The notes under the pieces: generated by a model
Told to the model about the DNA's origin: nothing
The model's input: only the letters and a program-made list of their open reading frames with translations
Databases searched by the model: none
Part shown: positions 45,223 to 54,656 of the stretch, in pieces
Numbering within the stretch: position 1 is the stretch's first letter
Layout: each line of letters starts with the position of its first letter
Made by a program: the position numbers and the translations under genes
Assembly (NCBI GenBank): GCA_965215945.1
Contig: CBDCFC010000051.1
Span: 13,084 to 77,083, forward strand
Source: Arenicellales bacterium
GTDB taxonomy: Bacteria; Pseudomonadota; Gammaproteobacteria; Arenicellales; JAHEKD01
Reading direction: 5' to 3'
Length of the DNA stretch: 64,000 bases

Positions 45223-46152
45223 TCAAGATGTCAGCCATAATATCAGTGGAATACTAAACATAGAGATGATAACTTGCATTGATGCAGTTGAGGCGTATAG
45301 CTCCGCGTTACCGCCCATTTCCCGGGCTAACACGTAACCGTTCATGGCGGTTGATACTGCTGCGCAAAGCATCACCATTTTTAAAGACAATCCTTGAATA
45401 TCGAATAGCATTGAAAAAATAAAAACTAAAATTGGAAACACCAATAATTTCGCTGTAATACCTATGAGCACATCTGCACGAGGATATTTTATCGAACTTA
45501 TTCTTACACCTGCACCGACTGTTAATAGGCCAATGCCAAGACCCGCACGACCAATAATATCAAGACTGACCATTATGGGCTCGTAAACCGGGATTTCACC
45601 TAGATTAATCGCCAGCCCAAAAAACGCACCCCAGATTAAAGGCACTTTAATTGTGTTTATAAATGTGCTTTTAAAGGTTGGTTTGGAGTCACTGGTCAGA
45701 ATGGTTAATACTATGATGTTAATGAAATTGAGTATCGCCACAGTGATAGCCATCACCAGCGCAACAATCGCCAGACCTTGATCACCAGCTAACTTACTGG
45801 CGATAGCCAGTGCTATAAAAGCATTCCAGCGAGTCGAGGTTTGAAATACAGAACTATAACTGCGATCATCAATCCCGAATATTCGGTTTAACGGTTTTCT
45901 TAATAGCCAGATCAAAGCTACATGCACAAGAACGGCAAGTAAATAGGCATAAGTGATGGAGCCTAAATCAATATTTCTAAGATCCATATTGATTAACGAT
46001 TCCATCACCAGTACCGGGAAAAGCAACCAGTAACCTAAAGCCTCAATACCTCGCCATTGCGGTTCCGGCACGATCGAACATTTCCGCAATAACAAACCAA
46101 TTGCGATGACTAAAAAAACGGGTAGCAGACTTTCAAAAACGATTGCGGTCAA
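45223..46152 (-). CDS. AEC (auxin efflux carrier) family transporter
   Basis: 309 aa with about 10 TM helices. The N-terminus LLPVFLVIAIGLLLRK is typical of the family. Confidence 0.75.
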   Translation of the reverse strand: MTAIVFESLLPVFLVIAIGLLLRKCSIVPEPQWRGIEALGYWLLFPVLVMESLINMDLRNIDLGSITYAYLLAVLVHVALIWLLRKPLNRIFGIDDRSYSSVFQTSTRWNAFIALAIASKLAGDQGLAIVALVMAITVAILNFINIIVLTILTSDSKPTFKSTFINTIKVPLIWGAFFGLAINLGEIPVYEPIMVSLDIIGRAGLGIGLLTVGAGVRISSIKYPRADVLIGITAKLLVFPILVFIFSMLFDIQGLSLKMVMLCAAVSTAMNGYVLAREMGGNAELYASTASMQVIISMFSIPLILWLTS

Positions 46153-46279
46153 AAAGATCCCTCAAATATCAGGCAATCATTATAAAATGGAATCAGCCAA
46201 GGTTGACAATTCAAAACCTCGATTCCCATGATATAGTTGCGCACAGCGTGAGTAGGTAATACCAAATTAAGTAACATAA

Positions 46280-47155
46280 ATGGATAACATTAAGAATAAG
46301 CAGCTTCAAGTTCGCGAAAAGACGATTTTTGACGGTTTTTTCTTCAAAAATGTTCTTAAATTCATTTTCAATATTGTTTTTAAATTAACGGGTTGGACTT
46401 CCGGGCCCGCACCAAAAACCACGGGCGTTGTTATCGGTGCACCACACACTTCCAACTGGGATTTTCTTTTTGGTTTCGGCGCGGCAATTCTTGAAGACGT
46501 TAAAGTTTATTTTTCCATCAAGGAGAGTTGGTGCCGTATTGCGATTATAGGTCCTGTCATTATGCGTTTTGGTGCCATACCGATTGATCGTTCCTCACCA
46601 GGGCAAGGTCAGTCAGAACAGATTACAAAGTTTGTTGAAAAAATGAAAGGTCAATGGATTTATTTTGCATTCACACCGGAGGGCACACGGGGCAAAGTCG
46701 AGAAATGGAAAACCGGTTTTTATCATGTGGCGCAAGATTGTCAGCTTCCCTTACATTTGGCAAAACTTGATTATGAGAATAAAAATGCGGGAATTTTTCA
46801 CAGCTTTCATATAACAGGAAACAAAAGGGATGACATCAGAGTATTGCAGGAGGCCTATAGTTTGATTCACGGTAAAAATACCGACAAACAATTTCCGGAT
46901 TATGCTGGCAAAGTGCCGGACTTATCAAAAACAGAAGCTGATATCATGCGCGCACTTTATTTGCTTGATGAAAGTGCTACTGAAATGCAAATCGCCGCCA
47001 AGGCTAATTTCAGCATCCAGGCCTCGACAATGTTGGAACCGTTAATAAAAATGGGATTAGTGGAAAAAACTGTTAATGAGTTTAACGAGCCGGCATACCA
47101 ACTGACGTTTAAAGGCAAAGGTTGTTTGTTGCATTTGTTCCCAATAGTGGAATAA
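46280..47155 (+). CDS. PlsC-type acyltransferase domain fused to a C-terminal winged-helix-like domain
   Basis: The Hx4D motif GAPHTSNWDF and FTPEGTRG are present. The C-terminal 80 aa (EADIMRALYLLDESATEMQIAAKANFSIQASTMLEPLIKMGLVEK) look MarR/wHTH-like. Confidence 0.7.
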   Translation: MDNIKNKQLQVREKTIFDGFFFKNVLKFIFNIVFKLTGWTSGPAPKTTGVVIGAPHTSNWDFLFGFGAAILEDVKVYFSIKESWCRIAIIGPVIMRFGAIPIDRSSPGQGQSEQITKFVEKMKGQWIYFAFTPEGTRGKVEKWKTGFYHVAQDCQLPLHLAKLDYENKNAGIFHSFHITGNKRDDIRVLQEAYSLIHGKNTDKQFPDYAGKVPDLSKTEADIMRALYLLDESATEMQIAAKANFSIQASTMLEPLIKMGLVEKTVNEFNEPAYQLTFKGKGCLLHLFPIVE

Positions 47156-47157
47156 CT

Positions 47158-48171
47158 TCAAGCTGCACAGATATAATCAGTGCCCTCAGTAAATTTGCGT
47201 TGATTTAAGAACTCTTTTATATCTTCTCTGGCACCACGGGCGCTGACAGCGATTAAAATTAAATCACCTGTTTTTTTAATTTCAAAGGCATCAACAATCG
47301 GTTTGTTGCGTTTTTCGTTACCTGTTTTCTTCGGCGCGATATCAATGAAGTCGATTACGTTACCATTGTTTTTTTCCAGTTCATCGTGTAATAGAGCACC
47401 CGTCGGACCGCTACCCCAGATACGGAACTTTTTGTCAGGATAAAGTTTAGCCAAATAAAACGCTTTGGCTTTAAAGAATGATTTTTTGCTATAACGGTCA
47501 GACATGCGCGATAAACGTGAATCATGATCGCGCCAACGAAGTAACATGCCAGTTGGCTTGCCAAAGCGAAAACCCTCCATGTGTGCCCTGAGCCATAAAT
47601 CATAGTCCTCCGGCCAGCCCGAGTCCTGGTAACCGCCAAGTTCCAGCCAATGGTGTTTATGCATCATTGCAGTAGGGTGCGGAATTGGGCTTTCAATAAA
47701 AATATTTTTGACTATATCATCCGGGTCAGTTAGCGTATTGATCCAACTCTGGTAATGTTGATAACCACCCTGAATTTTTTTATCGTCACGGAACAATTCG
47801 ACTTGTGCACCACAAACCTGGATATCTGGATGTGTCAGTAGATAATTGAGTTGTACCTCGAGCCGATTAGGTAATGCAATATCGTCAGCATCCATGCGTG
47901 CGACATAGTGTTTATTGGCGTTTTGGAGGCCTAAGTTCAGTGCCGATACGATTCCTTTATCATTGTTTGCAATCACTTTCAGGCGAGGATCACTTTTATC
48001 AAGATTGTTTATCGCATTATCAGTCGAATAATCGTCAATAATAATGAGTTCAAGATTTTCGAGACTTTGCTTGAGAATACTAGTCACAGCGGTCTCAAGA
48101 TAATCGCCGGCATTGTGCACAGGCATGATTACACTTATACCATTATTTTTTTCAGAATTACTTCCCATCAA
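47158..48171 (-). CDS. Family 2 glycosyltransferase with a C-terminal Rossmann-like extension
   Basis: The motifs VIMPVHNAGDYLETAVTSILKQSLENLELIIIDDYSTD and DADD match GT2. Confidence 0.8.
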   Translation of the reverse strand: MMGSNSEKNNGISVIMPVHNAGDYLETAVTSILKQSLENLELIIIDDYSTDNAINNLDKSDPRLKVIANNDKGIVSALNLGLQNANKHYVARMDADDIALPNRLEVQLNYLLTHPDIQVCGAQVELFRDDKKIQGGYQHYQSWINTLTDPDDIVKNIFIESPIPHPTAMMHKHHWLELGGYQDSGWPEDYDLWLRAHMEGFRFGKPTGMLLRWRDHDSRLSRMSDRYSKKSFFKAKAFYLAKLYPDKKFRIWGSGPTGALLHDELEKNNGNVIDFIDIAPKKTGNEKRNKPIVDAFEIKKTGDLILIAVSARGAREDIKEFLNQRKFTEGTDYICAA

Positions 48172-48233
48172 CTTTCATCTGATCGACATTACACATCGAA
48201 TGATTATAATGAGTTGAACTTTAGTCGTTTACC

Positions 48234-49007
48234 GTGACAGAAAAAATGTTTGCCCGCACAATTGTTCGAATACCTTGTGAAAATATGAGTAGGGGAATTA
48301 CTTGTGCTGATCTTGGCCTGCCAGATTACGGGCAGGCATTGTCCCAGCACCAATCATATATCAATGCGTTAGAACAATGCGGTTTAGCAGTAACCATTCT
48401 TGAGCCTGAACCGGATTATCCGGACAGTGTGTTTATTGAGGATACGGCATTGCTCACTAGTGATTGTGCAATTGTGACCAGACCAGGTGCTGATTCGCGC
48501 AAAGGTGAGGTTGGATCCGTGAAACGGGCACTAGATCAGTTTTATGATGAAATTCACGAAATTCCAGCACCTGGAAGCTTGGATGCCGGTGATATCATGA
48601 TGGTGGGTTCGCATTTTTATATTGGGCTTTCAGATAGAACTAATCAACCAGGCGCCCAGCGGATGATTGAAATTCTGAATCGTCATGGTATGACAGCTTC
48701 AACCATTACGATGGCCGAAATGCTGCATTTGAAAACAGGTCTGTCTTATCTTGAAAATAATAATCTGCTTATCACCGGGGAGTTTGTTGGTAAAGAGGAA
48801 TTCGCCGGTTTCAATCAGATTATCGTTGACGATGATGAAGCTTATGCGGCCAATTCTGTTTGGATTAACGACAAGGTTTTAGTTCCTGCAGGATATCCGC
48901 GAACCAGCTGTAAGATAAGCGCTTTGGGTTATCAGGTCATTGAGCTGGAAATGTCCGAATTTCAAAAGCTTGATGGTGGGCTTAGTTGCTTGTCGCTGCG
49001 ATTTTAG
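48234..49007 (+). CDS. Amidinotransferase-fold enzyme, dimethylarginine dimethylaminohydrolase (DDAH)-like
   Basis: The C-terminal catalytic Cys context LDGGLSCLSLRF, VFIEDTA and a size of 257 aa fit. Confidence 0.7.
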   Translation: MTEKMFARTIVRIPCENMSRGITCADLGLPDYGQALSQHQSYINALEQCGLAVTILEPEPDYPDSVFIEDTALLTSDCAIVTRPGADSRKGEVGSVKRALDQFYDEIHEIPAPGSLDAGDIMMVGSHFYIGLSDRTNQPGAQRMIEILNRHGMTASTITMAEMLHLKTGLSYLENNNLLITGEFVGKEEFAGFNQIIVDDDEAYAANSVWINDKVLVPAGYPRTSCKISALGYQVIELEMSEFQKLDGGLSCLSLRF

Positions 49008-49112
49008 CTTGCCTGATACCCAGTTCGTTTCCCTTTAAATACTTATAAAGACAATAAACCAAGAAATTCAGTTAATAGTTATAATACAGGGACTATTATT
49101 CTACTTCTCTGG

Positions 49113-50171
49113 TTGTCTCACCGGAAAAATCTTAAAGAAAACGAGGAAAATGTGGATACTGTTAGCTTAAAACAAGAGGGTTCGTCAACACTGGGGTCGA
49201 ACGCAGTGCGTAATCAGATATATGCACTGGAAGATTTTATGAATAGCCGTATCCTGGGTCAGCAAAACCTGGTTTCCAGGATGTTAGTCACTCTGCTGGC
49301 TGACGGGCATTTGTTAGTTGAAGGCGCGCCAGGATTGGCGAAAACCAAAGCGGTAAAAACATTGGCAGAAGGATTGGAAGGTGAATTCCAACGTATTCAA
49401 TTCACACCGGATTTGTTGCCCGCAGATTTAACCGGCACGGATGTCTATCGGCCACAGGACGGCAGTTTCGAATTTCAACCTGGTCCCTTGTTTCACCATA
49501 TTATTCTTGCCGATGAAATAAACCGCGCGCCGGCGAAAGTTCAATCAGCATTGCTTGAGTCCATGGCGGAACGGCAAATCACGGTGGGCGGAAAGACTTA
49601 CAGTTTGCCGGATTTGTTTTTCGTGATGGCGACACAAAATCCGATTGAGCAGGAAGGGACCTATCCACTACCCGAGGCACAACTGGATCGGTTTTTATTA
49701 CAAGTCAATATTGACTATCCGCAAGTCTCCTCTGAACGTCAGATTATGCTGCAAGCCAGACAGGAGGCACGAGGTGATCGTGAGGTGACGATGTTGCCGG
49801 ATAGATTGCCTGTTAGTCAGCAAGATGTTTTTCAAGCTCGCCAGGATGTGTTGCAAGTTCACATGGCCGAAACGGTTGAAGAATATATTGTGCAACTGGT
49901 TCAGGCTACTCGAGACAGCCAACACTACTCAGCAAAATTACCTGAGTGGATTCAATACGGTGCCAGTCCGCGCGCAACCTTGGCATTTGATCGTTGTGCC
50001 CGAGCTTTGGCCTGGTTGGATAATCGTGATTATGTTTCACCCGAAGATGTCCAGCAACTGGCACATGAAATTCTCAGGCACCGTATTTTATTGTCCTATC
50101 AAGCGGAGGCCGATGGCGTGACAATTACCGATGTAGTGGATGAGCTGATTGCCAAAATCCCCGTGGCCTAG
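49113..50171 (+). CDS. MoxR-family AAA+ ATPase
   Basis: Walker A motif GAPGLAKT, Walker B motif ILADEINRA, and MATQNPIEQEGTYPLPEAQLDRF. The start is uncertain: TTG at 49113, or GTG at 49152 after gagga. Confidence 0.9.
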   Translation: MSHRKNLKENEENVDTVSLKQEGSSTLGSNAVRNQIYALEDFMNSRILGQQNLVSRMLVTLLADGHLLVEGAPGLAKTKAVKTLAEGLEGEFQRIQFTPDLLPADLTGTDVYRPQDGSFEFQPGPLFHHIILADEINRAPAKVQSALLESMAERQITVGGKTYSLPDLFFVMATQNPIEQEGTYPLPEAQLDRFLLQVNIDYPQVSSERQIMLQARQEARGDREVTMLPDRLPVSQQDVFQARQDVLQVHMAETVEEYIVQLVQATRDSQHYSAKLPEWIQYGASPRATLAFDRCARALAWLDNRDYVSPEDVQQLAHEILRHRILLSYQAEADGVTITDVVDELIAKIPVA

Positions 50172-50174
50172 AGA

Positions 50175-50474
50175 AGCCCGAATATTTCATAAATCGGACT
50201 GGAAAGATGAAATTGAATCAAGCAGATAGTAAATATTTCCGATCTGCCCAGCATGAAAAGATTGCCCTGTTTGAGTTCAGGCCCAATCTGCCGTCACATT
50301 TCGATCGATCCTTCCCGCGCCCTATTTCAAAAAGATTGCTTAAACGATCGCCCGAACTGTTTTGTTCGGCACATCCGTGTGCCTCACTCCTGCGGGGCTT
50401 GCGCGAAAAATCACTCCCGGTAATTTTTTGTCAGCTTGCCCCTGATTCTCAAAGATTCATAAAACTTTCGGGCT
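50175..50474 (+). repeat. 300-bp copy B of the AGCCCG...CGGGCT element family, filling the moxR-DUF58 spacer
   Basis: The ends are agcccgaa (50175) and ttcgggct (50467-50474). Blocks homologous to 20489-20733 are present; for example, 50266-50315 versus 20589-20637 matches at about 36 of 50 positions by hand alignment. Confidence 0.65.
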
Positions 50475-50485
50475 GCATGTAATCC

Positions 50486-51406
50486 ATGGCGATAGTAGCT
50501 GAAAAAATACCAGGCGTTACAGTGGAAGTTTCGGATTTAATTAATGTCCGTTCAAAATTGGCCGGTCTTTCACTAAAAAAAATAAGACACCGAACATCTC
50601 GAAGTTCAGGGCTGCGTGAGACCAGGGTTCGTGGTCGAGGAATGGAGTATGAGGAATCAAGGGCATATATCGCAGGGGATGATGTCCGTACTATGGATTG
50701 GCGGGTTATGGCCAGAACCGGCGAGCCCCATACTAAAGTGTTTACCGAAGAAAAAGAGCGCAGCGTTATGTTGGTGGTGGATTTGTCCTCATCAATGTTT
50801 TTTGGCACTCGTTATGGCTTTAAATCCTACAGTGCTGCCCAAACTGCTGCTCATGTGGGATGGTTAGTGGTGCAAGCAGGAGATCGTTTGGGCGGACTGA
50901 TCGCCTCTTCATCAGCTCATTATGAAATCAGACCTAAAAAGAGTAGTTCTAATTTAATGCAGATTTTTCACCATCTGGAGCAGGAATGTAATATCGATTT
51001 GCCTGTTGTCAATGAACCCAGTCGACTTAACTTTATGTTGGCAGAATTACGCCGGGTGATTAAACCTGGCACAATCATTGTGTTGGTATCAGATTTATTG
51101 GGAATAGATAATCAAACACCTGCATTGATATCGTCGCTAGCCAGAAACAATGATCTGATGGCATTTTGGGTACATGATCGTACCGAAACACACCTTTGGC
51201 CGGAAGGCCGGTATGAAATTTTAGCCAATGAAAATCAGATTTCTCTCGATCTAAGGGCAGACTCAGCGGCAAAATGGCTTACTAATGAACAACAATCACA
51301 GAAATCAACCATCGAAAATTTAGCCAGTCAATTCAAAATGTGGATGTGTCCCGTTTCTTGTAATGAAACTGTGACACCGCAATTACAGAAATATTTAAAA
51401 GGCTAA
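50486..51406 (+). CDS. DUF58-domain protein (vWA-like partner of MoxR)
   Basis: The motif GMEYEESRAYIAGDDVRTMDWRVMARTG and the block VVDLSSSM match the family. Confidence 0.88.
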   Translation: MAIVAEKIPGVTVEVSDLINVRSKLAGLSLKKIRHRTSRSSGLRETRVRGRGMEYEESRAYIAGDDVRTMDWRVMARTGEPHTKVFTEEKERSVMLVVDLSSSMFFGTRYGFKSYSAAQTAAHVGWLVVQAGDRLGGLIASSSAHYEIRPKKSSSNLMQIFHHLEQECNIDLPVVNEPSRLNFMLAELRRVIKPGTIIVLVSDLLGIDNQTPALISSLARNNDLMAFWVHDRTETHLWPEGRYEILANENQISLDLRADSAAKWLTNEQQSQKSTIENLASQFKMWMCPVSCNETVTPQLQKYLKG

Positions 51407-51410
51407 AACT

Positions 51411-51908
51411 ATGTCGGTCGAGGAACTATTAGCCCAACTAAAAGATATTCAAACACCGATTGAGCCAGGTTGGTGGCCATTAGCCTTGGGTTGGTGGTAT
51501 TTGTTTGGATTGGTTGCATTGCTGTGGATCACTGCATGGTTTTTGAAAAAGCGAAAACAATCGAACCGATCAGTTGTGATGGCTTCTAGCGAATTGGAAA
51601 AAATCAAAAATGAATACTTACAGACTAATAACGATAACCAACTGGCTTTGAATCTATCAATATGGCTTAAGAAAGTCAGCTTGTATGCATTTCCTGATCA
51701 GGCAGTGGCTGGGTTAACGGGTCAGCGTTGGCTAGAGTTTTTGGATAACAGTGCTAACGAGGATCAGTTCACTACCGGTGCAGGTCAGGTATTTGCGGAT
51801 TCTATTTATAGTAATGATGTAAAAATTAATGCAGCGGCGGTTATTGATCTGTGCGAAAAATGGTTGTCTTCTGTTAAACCTGAGCTGATCAAGCAGGGGC
51901 AGGTTTGA
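51411..51908 (+). CDS. DUF4381-like single-pass membrane protein
   Basis: The motif PIEPGWWPLALGWWYLFGLVALLW is followed by KKRK. It occupies the typical position between the DUF58 and BatA genes. Confidence 0.7.
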   Translation: MSVEELLAQLKDIQTPIEPGWWPLALGWWYLFGLVALLWITAWFLKKRKQSNRSVVMASSELEKIKNEYLQTNNDNQLALNLSIWLKKVSLYAFPDQAVAGLTGQRWLEFLDNSANEDQFTTGAGQVFADSIYSNDVKINAAAVIDLCEKWLSSVKPELIKQGQV

Positions 51909-52912
51909 TGTTGACGCTTGAGTGGTGGTGGGCATTGTTACTCTTGCCAATTCCTTTTTTGGCGAGATTGCTTTTACCTGTCGCAAACCGATCGGAGGCT
52001 GCATTATCGGTACCACTATTCGAACAAGCGGATGTGCCCATTAGTTCCAGAACACAGTCGAAAAGATGGTTGCCAAGAATATCCTTATGGCTATTCTGGA
52101 TATTTTTGGTATTAGCTGCCAGTCGACCGCTTTGGGTTGGTGAACCTGTTACCCAAACAATAAGTGGTCGTGATCTAATGTTGGCGGTAGATATTTCCGG
52201 CAGTATGCAGGAAAAAGATATGCTGGTTAATTCAAGAGCTGTCAGTCGCATTGAAGTGTTAAAAAAGGTTGTCAGCGAATTTATCAATCGTCGAGAAGGA
52301 GATCGTCTCGGCTTGATTTTGTTCGGTACCAATGCCTATACCTACGTACCATTAACCTTTGATCGACAGACCTTAAATGAATTATTGCTCGATGCCACGA
52401 TAGGGTTGGCAGGCCGTGGAACTGCCATTGGTGACGCAATAGGCTTGGCGGTCAAGCGCATGCGTGAGCGCGAAGCAGAGCAAAAAATTCTTATCCTGAT
52501 TACTGATGGCTCGAATACTTCCGGGATTACCGATCCACTCGAAGCCGCGCAAGCCGCTGCCCAGGAGGGCTTGAAAATTTATAGTATTGGAGTCGGCACC
52601 GATGCCGATACTATGCGCCGCGTGTTCGGGATTCAGCGAATCCGCCCGGGAACTGCGCTTGATGAGGCGACACTCAGGCAGATCGCCAACTACACGGGTG
52701 GCGAATACTTTCGCGCCAAGGATGTTGCGTCTTTAGAAAACATCTATTCTACTTTGGATGAACTAGAGCCGATTGAACGGGAGGATCGAACCTATAGGCC
52801 ACGAAAAGAGCTATTCTATTTGCCATTATTGGCTGGCTTGTCTGTGATTTTGCTGTTTATAAGCTGGCTAATATTTAGCAACAAAATACCATCGAGCAGA
52901 CAACATGTTTGA
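51905..52912 (+). CDS. BatA-like vWA-domain membrane protein
   Basis: N-terminal TM helices, the MIDAS motif AVDISGSM and a C-terminal TM helix. Confidence 0.85.
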   Translation: MMLTLEWWWALLLLPIPFLARLLLPVANRSEAALSVPLFEQADVPISSRTQSKRWLPRISLWLFWIFLVLAASRPLWVGEPVTQTISGRDLMLAVDISGSMQEKDMLVNSRAVSRIEVLKKVVSEFINRREGDRLGLILFGTNAYTYVPLTFDRQTLNELLLDATIGLAGRGTAIGDAIGLAVKRMREREAEQKILILITDGSNTSGITDPLEAAQAAAQEGLKIYSIGVGTDADTMRRVFGIQRIRPGTALDEATLRQIANYTGGEYFRAKDVASLENIYSTLDELEPIEREDRTYRPRKELFYLPLLAGLSVILLFISWLIFSNKIPSSRQHV

Positions 52913-54656
52913 GGGGTTAAAAATTCAATTTCTCAATCCAATATGGCTGGCGCTATTACCGCTGGTGTGGGCGCTATGCTGGTTGTTCCTAAAGCGTTTC
53001 AAAACACATTCCATGTGGAGTGAGCTTTGTGATAAACATTTATTACGAATTCTTCTGCCCAAGGCATCACAAACCAAGACATCTAGCTGGTTGGTCTGGA
53101 TAATGATTATAGTGTTTTCGTTGATCATTTTAGCCGCAGCCGGACCTAGCTGGCGGACTCAGCCAATTCCGTTATTTGAGTCTGCTGCATCCAGGGCTAT
53201 AGTGCTGGATTTGTCGCGCTCCATGATGGCCGAGGATATTGAACCCACTCGATTTAAACGTGCGGTTTTTAAAGCAAAAGATTTGATCAGTTCCAATAAA
53301 GACGGACAGACAGCGTTAATCGCTTTTGCTGGTGCCGCATTCGTGGTTTCACCTTTAACAGATGATAATAGAACTTTATTGAATTTTCTGGATTCCTTAA
53401 AACCCGATATCATGCCGGTGCAGGGTAGTCGGATTGACCAAGCGATATTAATGGCTGAAAAAGTCTTACAGGGTTCGCTCTCAACAACTAGCCATATTTA
53501 TATTCTTTCTGACGGTGTCAGCGAACTCGAAGCAGCCGTGACTGCAGCAAAAAACGCTGCAAATAACGGTTTGTCTGTATCCGTGCTTGCATTGGGAACT
53601 GAACAGGGCGGTCCGATTAAAGATAGCTCAGGCCGCTTAATTAGAGATCAACAGGGGCAATTGATTATTGCCAAAGTTGGTTTCGGTGATCTGCAAAAGA
53701 TTGCTCAGGCAGGTAACGGCCGCTTCGTTAGAATGACGGCATCCGATTCAGATATTGAATATCTGCTTTCAGCAATTGATGAGAATGAATTCGATCAGTC
53801 TCAGGATTCAGAGGACAAAACATTATCACTACCGGTCAATGATGGCATCTGGTTAGTCTGGTTAATTTTGCCGCTGGCATTATTACTGTTCAGAAAAAAT
53901 GCGCTGTGGTTATTGGCGTTGATATTGATCTTGCCGCCACAGCAGCAAGCTTATGCTTTTGATTGGAACAAGCTCTGGAAAAATAAAGAGCAACAGGCGT
54001 ATGAGGCTTTTCAGAAAGGCCAATATGACGAGGTTAAATCACTTTCATCAGATCCGCAGTTAAAAGGTTCTGCTTTTTATAAAGAACAGGACTATCAAAA
54101 TGCTGAGACCTGGTTCTCCCAACAGGGAACGGCACAATCGTTTTACAATCGCGGTAATGCATTGGCGCAAATGCAACAATTCGAAATGGCACTAGCTGCC
54201 TATGATTATGCGTTAGATAAAGATCCGGAGCACGAATCGGCAAAATATAACAAAAATTTGATTGAAGAATTTTTAAGGCAGCAAATAAACCAGCAAAATT
54301 CCCAGCAAAATGACGAAAATCAGGGTGATGAGTCTAGCGATGAGTCAGCAGATCAAAGCGAATCTGACCAGTCGCAATCGGAACAGTCAAGAGCGCCACG
54401 CAGCTCAAGCGATGATGATTTGCAATCTGATTCGACTGAGGAACAACAAGAGGAACAAAAACAGATCGATCCGGAAGATGAAGAGGGAAATCCTGCTGAT
54501 AAGGATTTGGCCTTGCAGAATGAGACTAATAGAGAAAGAAAAAATCCTGAGTCTATTGACCGCTGGATTAATCGTTTGCCGGACGATCCATCAGAATTAT
54601 TGCGGCGTAAGTTTCTAAGAGATTATCAACGGCAGTCAGGTCTGGGTAGACAGTGA
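52905..54656 (+). CDS. BatB-like vWA plus TPR protein with an acidic tail
   Basis: The vWA motif VLDLSRSM, TPR repeats (YNRGNALAQMQQFEMALAAYDYALDKDPEH) and an Asp/Glu/Gln/Ser-rich C-terminus. Confidence 0.85.
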   Translation: MFEGLKIQFLNPIWLALLPLVWALCWLFLKRFKTHSMWSELCDKHLLRILLPKASQTKTSSWLVWIMIIVFSLIILAAAGPSWRTQPIPLFESAASRAIVLDLSRSMMAEDIEPTRFKRAVFKAKDLISSNKDGQTALIAFAGAAFVVSPLTDDNRTLLNFLDSLKPDIMPVQGSRIDQAILMAEKVLQGSLSTTSHIYILSDGVSELEAAVTAAKNAANNGLSVSVLALGTEQGGPIKDSSGRLIRDQQGQLIIAKVGFGDLQKIAQAGNGRFVRMTASDSDIEYLLSAIDENEFDQSQDSEDKTLSLPVNDGIWLVWLILPLALLLFRKNALWLLALILILPPQQQAYAFDWNKLWKNKEQQAYEAFQKGQYDEVKSLSSDPQLKGSAFYKEQDYQNAETWFSQQGTAQSFYNRGNALAQMQQFEMALAAYDYALDKDPEHESAKYNKNLIEEFLRQQINQQNSQQNDENQGDESSDESADQSESDQSQSEQSRAPRSSSDDDLQSDSTEEQQEEQKQIDPEDEEGNPADKDLALQNETNRERKNPESIDRWINRLPDDPSELLRRKFLRDYQRQSGLGRQ

